A stretch of 34,420 nucleotides of DNA from Pyrinomonadaceae bacterium (GTDB taxonomy: Bacteria > Acidobacteriota > Blastocatellia > Pyrinomonadales > Pyrinomonadaceae): NCBI GenBank assembly GCA_035275045.1, contig DATENN010000308.1:1-34420 (forward strand), written 5' to 3'. The notes below the pieces were generated by a model, which made no database searches, was not told the origin of the DNA, and was given only the letters and a program-made list of their open reading frames with translations. A program made the position numbers and the translations under genes. This document shows positions 27,434 to 34,420 of this stretch, one piece after another (the first letter of the stretch is position 1; every line of letters begins with the position of its first letter).

Positions 27434-29416
27434 TCACCGGTTCGGCGGTTTCTTATCAGGCGGCAGGGCTCGAGGAATGTCGCCGTCATCGATTGTTTGG
27501 GCCTGTTGAAGTTTTGGTGGACCACCCAGCAAACCGGGCGGTAGTCTCGGCGTAGGGATTTTTACAGTCGCGACGGATTCAGTGCGCCGCAGGATCGCGC
27601 CGCCGCTGCCCGCTACCCAGATGTTACTGCCACCGCGATAAGCGACTGAGTAAAGCGGGATACTGGTAATGCTCGGTTGCACTTCCCAATTTTCGCCCGC
27701 GTCTTTGCTGTAAAGAATCCGGCCCTGATCTCCGGTTACGATAATTTCATTGCGACCGCCTAAGGCAAGCGCGAACAAGTTCCCGCTAAGACCACTCTCA
27801 AGATCTTTCCAAGTCGCGCCCCCGTCGTCTGTTCGCAAAATGATTCCGCGAGCACCTACCGCGTAACCCCGTTGCGCATCCGCGAAAGCCAGCGCATACA
27901 ACCATTCGCTTAAATTTTTGTCGACGCGGTTCCAATTATCGCCGCCGTCTTCCGTGCGCAAAATCGTGCCGCTTGAACCGACCGCTACGCCGTGCTGTGG
28001 ATCTGTAAATACAACGTCCTCGAGCCAGCTGAAGGTGTTTGCTCTTTGTATCTGCCAGGTCTCGCCCGCATCCGTCGTGTGCAGGATGATGCCGCGCGCG
28101 CCGACGATCCAGCCGAGTTCAGCGGTGACAAAGTTGACGCTGAAAAGATCTTCCTTCGACTCCAGCAGCACTGTATCCCAGGTAATCCCTCCGTTTACCG
28201 AGCGCAGAATGGTGCCGCGATCGCCCACTGCTATGCCCGTTTTTTGATTGATAAACTGGATTGAGTTTAAGCGGTTCGTAGTTCCTGAAGGACGAACGGT
28301 CCAGTTCTTTCCCCCTGAACTGGTGAAAAGAATTTTCCCGCGAGCGCCGACTGCCCAGCCATGGGAGTTATCGAGGAAGTAGAGTTGCGACACGTCGTCG
28401 CGGCCACCTTCGGTTAGCCGGCGCCAGGAAAACCCACCATCGTCGGTGCGCAAGACCAGACCATCGTTACCGGCGGCCCATCCCAGCGATTCGTCAGCAA
28501 AATAGAGCGTGCTTAGTTTCGGATTAGTACGGACATTGACTGGCAACCAAATCGTTCCGCCATCGGCAGTCGACAACACCACGCCACTGTCGCCGGCTGC
28601 CCAACCGTGCTTGTCGTCGGTGAAGAAGACGCTGAACAGATCTGTGGTAATCAGCGATTGCAGCGCTCGCCACGTGGCGCCGGCGTCGTCACTCTGCAAA
28701 ATAGTTCCCTGGTAGCCAACAGCAACTGCTCTTTTTGCCGAAATGAACGCGACGCCAGTCAGCGCCATGCCGCTTAATCCGCTGTGTGCGTTCCAATCTG
28801 CTCCGCCGTCCCTGGTGACTAACAACGTACCGCGTGATCCGACGGCGATGCCTGTCTTATCGTCGATGAATGCTACGGCGAACAAATGTGCATTGGTTTT
28901 CGATTTTTGTACTTTCCAGGTAATACCACCGTCGCTGGTTGTAATGATCGAACCAAATGTTCCGACTGCCCAACCGTGAAGCGAATCGCCCGGAGCAAAC
29001 GCAACCGCGAACAAATGATCTCGAATTCCGGTGGTGCGCCGCAGCCACTTATCGCCACCGTTCGCAGTGGTCAGAATTACGCCGTTGGCTCCGGAGATAA
29101 CTGCGCGCGCGCGACTATGAACATATAAACCGTAAAGAGTAGTCGCGGCAGGTGAAAGTTGCGCGTCCCATGAAAAGCCGCCGTTGCGGGTGTGAAGAAT
29201 TGAACCGTCACCGCCGACCGCCCAACCATGAGTTTTGTCTGAAGCGAACTTAATGCAGTTAAGTGTGTTTCCTTGCGGCAATGGATTTTGCCACTGCCAA
29301 GCCGGCGGTTTTTGTGCGCGGCCTACGCCTGAAAAGGCAGCACCCATCAGCAAGAGCGACGCAAAATATCGCCGCAATTGCCGTTTGGTTGCGATGGCTG
29401 AGTGCTTGACCGTCAT
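27434..29416 (-). CDS. secreted BNR/Asp-box beta-propeller protein (Ycf48/HCF136-like, tandem propellers)
   Basis: It has a signal peptide followed by 13-14 repeats carrying (D/N/S)(G/A)G..W (NGGFSWD, DGGITWK, DGGADWN, DAGATWR and others). The C-terminus has a Pro/Lys-rich tail. The ATG at 29414..29416 is preferred, and the track start at 29458 is a TTG. Confidence 0.8.
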   Translation of the reverse strand: MTVKHSAIATKRQLRRYFASLLLMGAAFSGVGRAQKPPAWQWQNPLPQGNTLNCIKFASDKTHGWAVGGDGSILHTRNGGFSWDAQLSPAATTLYGLYVHSRARAVISGANGVILTTANGGDKWLRRTTGIRDHLFAVAFAPGDSLHGWAVGTFGSIITTSDGGITWKVQKSKTNAHLFAVAFIDDKTGIAVGSRGTLLVTRDGGADWNAHSGLSGMALTGVAFISAKRAVAVGYQGTILQSDDAGATWRALQSLITTDLFSVFFTDDKHGWAAGDSGVVLSTADGGTIWLPVNVRTNPKLSTLYFADESLGWAAGNDGLVLRTDDGGFSWRRLTEGGRDDVSQLYFLDNSHGWAVGARGKILFTSSGGKNWTVRPSGTTNRLNSIQFINQKTGIAVGDRGTILRSVNGGITWDTVLLESKEDLFSVNFVTAELGWIVGARGIILHTTDAGETWQIQRANTFSWLEDVVFTDPQHGVAVGSSGTILRTEDGGDNWNRVDKNLSEWLYALAFADAQRGYAVGARGIILRTDDGGATWKDLESGLSGNLFALALGGRNEIIVTGDQGRILYSKDAGENWEVQPSITSIPLYSVAYRGGSNIWVAGSGGAILRRTESVATVKIPTPRLPPGLLGGPPKLQQAQTIDDGDIPRALPPDKKPPNR

Positions 29417-29575
29417 GCCTGCATTACTTTGCGCCGCGTACAATTCAACAGTCGCCAAAAGTGGAGTTTGGAAACGGCTTATCTTTGTAAGCGGGAGACG
29501 AGTGGACTACAAGCGGGAATTATATGGATCGATTCCTGTGAAACCTAATTGCCCGCCGGGCCGGCGGTGCTCTAA

Positions 29576-30082
29576 TCAAGCTTCGGCCTCAGCTTCGACA
29601 GCGAGAGGATCGATGTCGCCTACCTTATCAATTGCGGTCCGCAACACTTCATCATCAACATGGCCCAGTGAAGCGATTTTACGGGCGGCTTTGTCCACCG
29701 CTTCCTGGATTACATGACCGTCATGCCCGCGCGTCCATTCCCAAATGACTTGGTGTGTTTGTGCGGCGCGGTCCAGACGGTCCCACCATTCATGATTTGT
29801 CTTACGGCGAAATCGGCCACTCATCGTCTCGACGACGTAGCGCGAATCCGTAAATAGATGAACACGACACGGCTGTTTTAGCGATTCCAATCCTAAGGTA
29901 GCGGCGGCGACTTCGGCTTGCTGGTTAGTTGCCTGCCCAAGGTAAATTCCAACCGCGCGCCACAGTCCTCGGTAACCAAGCAAGGCAACAGCAGCTGCGC
30001 GCGTGGCTTTCTGCCCGTTGCCCAGACTGGAGCCATCACAAAAGATCGTTACCTTCTTCGTCGCAGTTTCAGATGCTGCCAT
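29576..30082 (-). CDS. rnhA: ribonuclease HI
   Basis: FCDGSSLGN, QQAEVAAATLGLESL, FTDSRYVV and WEWTRGHDGH..QEAVDKAA give the D-E-D-(H)-D catalytic pattern. The ATG at 30080..30082 is preferred over the track start at 30130. Confidence 0.85.
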   Translation of the reverse strand: MAASETATKKVTIFCDGSSLGNGQKATRAAAVALLGYRGLWRAVGIYLGQATNQQAEVAAATLGLESLKQPCRVHLFTDSRYVVETMSGRFRRKTNHEWWDRLDRAAQTHQVIWEWTRGHDGHVIQEAVDKAARKIASLGHVDDEVLRTAIDKVGDIDPLAVEAEAEA

Positions 30083-30148
30083 AATAATTTGTACGCGTGC
30101 CACAATAGCTGGGCACGCGTGCGCGATCAACGTTGCCGGACCAAAAGT

Positions 30149-30195
30149 AAAATGCGGTTGGATGATCTCAGGTGGAGAACATCCAACCGCATTTG
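30149..30195 (-). terminator. intrinsic terminator after the 989-aa gene
   Basis: aaatgcggttggatg (30150..30164) and catccaaccgcattt (30180..30194) form a 15-bp perfect stem. On the minus strand it is followed by tacttttgg. Confidence 0.7.
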
Positions 30196-30220
30196 GTTAA
30201 GGCAGCCTTACGAGTCAGAG

Positions 30221-33190
30221 TTACGGACTCGGCGGGCTGTCGCGATTAAGCGGCGTCGGCGCGCCGGCAGTCACCGGCACCTGGCAGTTCTGCGATGAAG
30301 TGCCAGTTGAACTGGTAAAGAGGAAATCATTTTCATTCGCGTTCGTGTCCTGCGGATTACCGGCAGTGCCTTTGCGAACAAAACTGACCTGTTCGGCCGG
30401 CGCTCCCGAACAAGTTGCCAGTCCATTGCCCTCGCGGAAGATCGAGCCCGCCGGAAGCGAAGTGAAACCAACTGCATCAATGACCGCAACCGCGATCAAG
30501 TTGTTTTGGTTGCTGGTGCGGAACAAGGCGAAGCCGCCGTTGTCGGCATTGTCAGGCGTCCACATCGCGTCGCCATCCGCCGTGCGTACCGGATTGCCCG
30601 TCGGATTGTTCGACAAGCTATAAGGGTTAATACCGGATGCGCGTACTTCATTGGTCATCAAGTAATGACCATGCGCCGGTATCACTATGCCGTTCGGAAT
30701 AATCGACAAAGGCGTGACAACTCCGGAAGGAGACGAATAGGCAAGCAGCCAGCCGTCAGAACCGTCAGTCGTAGTCACGGTGATTGCGTTGTTCGTATTG
30801 TTAACGAGCTCCACGAATTCATCGCGCGTACCCGCTGGGCCGCGCATGCGGAACTCGCTGATTATCAGTCCGCCGTTGACGGAGTATGGTGCGGTCGTAC
30901 TAGGCGTAACTAAGGTCCACCACGTCGACCAAAGACCAGCGAATTGTCCCGGGCCAAAGATTTCTCGTTGATCGAGGGCGTACTCCTGAATGGTCCAAAA
31001 GTCGTTATCGTTAAGCGGATCTACCATCACTGCGCTGTAGTCGCCCCAGCGAGTGGTGAATGGGGTACCACCGCCGATGTTGTAGTTGCCCATGCCTTCG
31101 CGGGAAACCATTGAGTCGCGCATGTAATTCGCGGGATCGCTGCCGGAGCGGAATGAGTACGCCGCTTTTGCCAACGTACCCGGCGATACGCGTGAGTAAC
31201 CGATAAGCACGTCGTTCGCTGCGTTCACGTTTATATTTGGAAACGCGTAGAAATCACCAACGGGCGTGCAGCCGGCACGGCTTCCCCCAGTGCCGTTATG
31301 ACAATTATCTGCACGCGGATCGGCAATGATATTACGTTGTAACGGAGAAGTTCCGGTACTGGTGTTCGTCACCAGTGGATCCAGTTGCCACCATTGAACG
31401 GCAGCTCTGATGTCCGGATTTCCCGAGCCAAAACCGTTGCCGGCCGGTGTTTGAAGCCGCGCGAGTTCAATCGTGTGAGTGGTCCATAAGGTTCCGTTTC
31501 TTAGCACCACATTCTGGATGCGGGCATCATTCGAGGTAATTCTCGTACCCGAAACCAACATGGCGTTTTGCTGGCGTTGAGGCATGTAACCGCCCGAGCC
31601 AGTAGGATTGATCGTAGCGGTGCCGCGCCAACCGTAAGGTGACTGCGGGAACTGGTAACCGACGGTCAGGATTGGAGCGACTTGCGTGCCGCTGATCCTT
31701 GACATGCGAAGCTGGCCAAACTGATCGTCCCAATCCTCAACCAGGTATTCGTCGTTGGTGGTGTTGTCCTGCTCAATCGCCGGAGCATAGGTAAAGCCGC
31801 AGCCCAGCGCTTGTGGCTGCGAGGCCGGCGGCAGATTCAAACAACCTGTCGAGAAGCTGTCCTCGAATGTCGATACCACGCCCAGCGTACCGGCGTAGGC
31901 AGTCGTTTTGTTGATGACATAGATCGATGGCCCTTGATAGCCGCCCTTGTTGCCATAACCAAAGCGGTTGATCGAGATCACGATCCAATTCTTGTTGAAG
32001 CCGATACTCGGATAATCAGCCCAATTACCCCCCGAGGTTGTCGCCGTGGCATCAACGTCAATCGCGTAACGGTTCCACGTACCCAAAGGATTGCCCGTTT
32101 GCGATGTGGCTATCAAGGTCGCGGATGTCGGAGCGAAAGAATTGGCCTGAGTGACCATGATGAAGCGGTCATTGAACCGATCGTAAAGAATCTTCGGATC
32201 GAACGTGGAAGGGTTCGCCAGACCATTCGGTAACGCGGCCCAAAATGCATTCAAGCTAACGGTGCTGAGCGTCACTCCATTACGATCCTGAATGAGCACC
32301 TTTTCATTGGTCGTCGTGACGACGTGGTTCAAACCGACCGCGCCCATGGTGTCGGGCGGAACGGAGCCGAGTGAAAGATTGTCCGATTTAAATGTGCGCA
32401 CCATGGATGGCGAGGGCACTCCCGCGATCGGCGAGTCAAGCGACGCCTTTCGTTTCTTTGCTTCTTTCAGCAGCGCGCCCTGACCGATTGCTTCGCGGCC
32501 TTCTGCCGGTGCGGGTTGCGGCGCGTCTATCTCAGCCAGTTCAGCTTCCGCACTGGTCTTCGAAGAACTCTTGCTTTTGCTCAACGCCGCCATATTGACG
32601 GTGCCGAGGTCGGTCACCTCGCGCTCCTTGGAAGGAATGTCCTTCACCGTCGGCGCTTGCAGCGCGCCGGCATTTCCGAGGGCGGACGGTGCGGTTGGCT
32701 GGTTCGCCCAGATGCCATAAGGCATCACGACAGATGGACGACTGGTGGCCCGATCTTCCGCTTCCTTGCGTTCGGCTTCCTTCTTCTCTTTTTCTTCAGC
32801 CTTTTTCTTCGCAAGCTTTTCGGCGGCTTCCTGCTTTGCTATTTCCGCGGCTTGTTTCTTGGCCAGGGCCTCGGCTTCTTTTTGTGCCTGCTCCTGGGCC
32901 TTCAAGGCGGCGGCTGCTTCGGCGTCCTCTGCAGATGGCTTCTTCTTGCGATTCTTTCGCGTCTTTTTCTTTTGCTTAGTCTGCGCAACCTTGCTTACTG
33001 CCGGGGCCTGCGCCGAGACGGGCTGTACAAGCGCGAGGCACTGAATGACTAACGCCAAACAAACTGCGTAGGTCAGCAAGTGCGCTGCGGCCTTTGTGGC
33101 CTTGTGTTTGAAACCAGTCGAAACTGAACTGGCGACTGATTGGCTGCTTGCAAGAAGCAGAGAAAAACGAAATGAGGGAATCTTCTTCAT
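30221..33190 (-). CDS. large secreted protein: signal-anchor, K/E/A-rich low-complexity linker, uncharacterised propeller-like core, C-terminal lamin-tail domain (LTD)
   Basis: AAGGAG SD. The hydrophobic segment is LTYAVCLALVIQCLALVQPVSA, and the K/E/A-rich linker spans about aa 70-160. The core carries PPDTMGAVGLNHVV...FDPKILYDRFNDRFIMV...WADYPSIGFNKNW...RWGDYSAVMVDP. The C-terminal LIISEFRMRGPAGTRDEFVELVNNTNNAITV is typical of LTD. Confidence 0.8.
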   Translation of the reverse strand: MKKIPSFRFSLLLASSQSVASSVSTGFKHKATKAAAHLLTYAVCLALVIQCLALVQPVSAQAPAVSKVAQTKQKKKTRKNRKKKPSAEDAEAAAALKAQEQAQKEAEALAKKQAAEIAKQEAAEKLAKKKAEEKEKKEAERKEAEDRATSRPSVVMPYGIWANQPTAPSALGNAGALQAPTVKDIPSKEREVTDLGTVNMAALSKSKSSSKTSAEAELAEIDAPQPAPAEGREAIGQGALLKEAKKRKASLDSPIAGVPSPSMVRTFKSDNLSLGSVPPDTMGAVGLNHVVTTTNEKVLIQDRNGVTLSTVSLNAFWAALPNGLANPSTFDPKILYDRFNDRFIMVTQANSFAPTSATLIATSQTGNPLGTWNRYAIDVDATATTSGGNWADYPSIGFNKNWIVISINRFGYGNKGGYQGPSIYVINKTTAYAGTLGVVSTFEDSFSTGCLNLPPASQPQALGCGFTYAPAIEQDNTTNDEYLVEDWDDQFGQLRMSRISGTQVAPILTVGYQFPQSPYGWRGTATINPTGSGGYMPQRQQNAMLVSGTRITSNDARIQNVVLRNGTLWTTHTIELARLQTPAGNGFGSGNPDIRAAVQWWQLDPLVTNTSTGTSPLQRNIIADPRADNCHNGTGGSRAGCTPVGDFYAFPNINVNAANDVLIGYSRVSPGTLAKAAYSFRSGSDPANYMRDSMVSREGMGNYNIGGGTPFTTRWGDYSAVMVDPLNDNDFWTIQEYALDQREIFGPGQFAGLWSTWWTLVTPSTTAPYSVNGGLIISEFRMRGPAGTRDEFVELVNNTNNAITVTTTDGSDGWLLAYSSPSGVVTPLSIIPNGIVIPAHGHYLMTNEVRASGINPYSLSNNPTGNPVRTADGDAMWTPDNADNGGFALFRTSNQNNLIAVAVIDAVGFTSLPAGSIFREGNGLATCSGAPAEQVSFVRKGTAGNPQDTNANENDFLFTSSTGTSSQNCQVPVTAGAPTPLNRDSPPSP

Positions 33191-33496
33191 GAAAGTCTCC
33201 TTGATCCTGGGCGCCGCGATTCTTTGACGACAAAGACTCTTAGCAACCTGAGTAAAACGATTTAGCGCTATTTCACAACCCGGAAAGTGGAGATAGTGCT
33301 GCTACTTCCGAAGAACGGTCGGGTGACCGTTCAAGAATTGCAAGACGAATCGACAACCATGTGCTGCGACGCGCCTATTCAACTGGACTTGGAAAATGAT
33401 TTATCCGAACAGAGATTGCTACCCGCTACTTCTAACGAAATGTGCGCGCATCTTACGCCAAACGCGCAACGCAGGGCAATAGTAGAAGTTAAATCC

Positions 33497-33514
33497 GCCG
33501 AAGAAATCTTCGGC
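33497..33514. terminator. short GC hairpin downstream of the 33549 gene (possible terminator)
   Basis: gccgaag-aaat-cttcggc forms a 7-bp perfect stem. The flanks are only modestly T-rich on either strand. Confidence 0.4.
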
Positions 33515-33548
33515 TTCCAACTTTTAGCGGCTCAACCAAAAAAATGGA

Positions 33549-34028
33549 TCAACGCCTGCATTTGAGCAAATGTCCCGGATTGTCTGGGAAAAGTCTGAAC
33601 CGGCCAATGACGGCGCCAGTGGTTGCATCGCGTACCGTCAACCTCATCGAGCGGCCGCGAATTCGTCCGATGTAGCGGACTTTTCGCCAGGCGATTCCCT
33701 CATCAGCATTGCGGATCGTGCCGTCTTCTTGCCTAACCGAGATTACTGGCGGTGGTCCTCCGCTTTCATTCGCGAACTTTCCCGGCAGGTCGAATCGTCT
33801 CAACTTCCCAATGCCGGTCTCGCTTTCGATCAAACCCTGCGCGCAGTCGAATTCCAAAGAGGCGCCCTTCGCACTAATCTGCAATCTCACACCGCGCCCG
33901 CCCCACACTTGTCCATCGTTTGGGAACGTGGAACTGTTAAGAAAGCTGAGGTCGTCTGCTGCAAGAACTGTTGGAAACATCGCGACTCCGAGTAGCAGGA
34001 GAAATACAAGCTTGTCTAGTATCGACAT
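33549..34028 (-). CDS. hypothetical secreted protein
   Basis: It has the signal peptide MSILDKLVFLLLLGVAMFPTVLAADD. I recognise no family. The ATG at 34026..34028 is preferred, and the track start at 34055 is a GTG. Confidence 0.5.
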   Translation of the reverse strand: MSILDKLVFLLLLGVAMFPTVLAADDLSFLNSSTFPNDGQVWGGRGVRLQISAKGASLEFDCAQGLIESETGIGKLRRFDLPGKFANESGGPPPVISVRQEDGTIRNADEGIAWRKVRYIGRIRGRSMRLTVRDATTGAVIGRFRLFPDNPGHLLKCRR

Positions 34029-34211
34029 TGAGAATTTCACCTGAATATCGCCCACGAAAATCGTTTATGAAGTCATTCGGACAACGATTGTTGCCATAAT
34101 CAACAAATCTATTTGCCTGGCGGCGCATAGACTAACAAAATAGTTTCCAAGCTGTCGCCGCCGGGGTGCTCGTAAAATTGCCGCCTGACGTAGAATCTTT
34201 CGTAGCTGGAT

Positions 34212-34420
34212 ATGGCCCATTCGCATTCTCATACACCGGTGAATTACGGACGCGCGTTCGCTTTAGGCGTCGCACTTAACCTGACGTTCGTGATCATCGA
34301 GGCAATCTACGGCCACGTTTCCCACTCGCTGGCCTTGGTCGCGGACGCGGGCCACAACTTCAGCGACGTGCTGGGGTTGGCGCTTGCCTGGGGCGCGATG
34401 AAGCTCGCGCGGCGCGAACC
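34212..34420 (+). CDS. cation diffusion facilitator (CzcD/ZitB-like) transporter, N-terminal fragment
   Basis: Manual translation gives MAHSHSHTPVNYGRAFALGVALNLTFVIIEAIYGHVSHSLALVADAGHNFSDVLGLALAW. It has a His-rich N-terminus and the CDF signature SLAL.ADAGHN.SD. The ORF runs off the window. Confidence 0.85.
   Translation, partial: MAHSHSHTPVNYGRAFALGVALNLTFVIIEAIYGHVSHSLALVADAGHNFSDVLGLALAWGAMKLARRE

Noticed and set aside
33287-33565. 92-aa plus-strand ORF in the spacer upstream of the 989-aa gene.
   Set aside because: It has a GTG start, no SD and no family features. It lies where the promoter and 5' UTR of the 30221..33190 gene and the terminator of the 33549 gene are expected.

Overview
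This 34.4-kb window is a gene-dense chromosomal stretch made mostly of housekeeping genes. No transposase, integrase, CRISPR array or rRNA is visible. The protein repertoire suggests a Gram-negative soil bacterium, plausibly Acidobacteriota. That placement is an inference from a VWA protein of the acidobacterial type, secreted TPR and BNR-propeller proteins, a GAF-GAF sigma-54 activator and zwf-opcA.

Gene order:
- Minus strand: lgt' <- lspA <- ileS, DUF948 <- ytxH-like <- sigma-54 EBP.
- Plus strand: fmdB-like zinc ribbon -> VWA.
- Minus strand: small membrane ORF, aminotransferase <- hutU <- hutH, DUF2270.
- Plus strand: tadA -> tRNA-Ser(CGA) -> tRNA-Ser(GGA), secreted hypothetical, TPR, yggT-like, TPR, SRP RNA (ffs) -> dnaX.
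- Minus strand: TPR-like protein with a C-terminal Fis-type HTH.
- Plus strand: 68-aa secreted peptide, 69-aa membrane protein, zwf -> opcA.
- Minus strand: 14-blade BNR/Ycf48-like propeller, rnhA, 989-aa secreted lamin-tail-domain protein, secreted hypothetical.
- Plus strand: CDF transporter fragment.

Two things stand out beyond ordinary annotation:
1. At least nine intergenic loci carry hairpins whose arms are tandem 7-nt repeats (TCTGACC / TCTGACA / CTCAGCA types). They sit between zwf and opcA, around both tRNA-Ser genes and between ffs and dnaX. They also run into the 3' ends of lspA and tadA.
2. A low-GC patch holds a TPR+HTH regulator transcribed divergently from a small signal-peptide-bearing peptide with an internal G(D/E)IPSV duplication. 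This layout resembles peptide-receptor cassettes, but that reading is hypothesis only.

All product calls come from reading motifs in the supplied translations. No database search was run.
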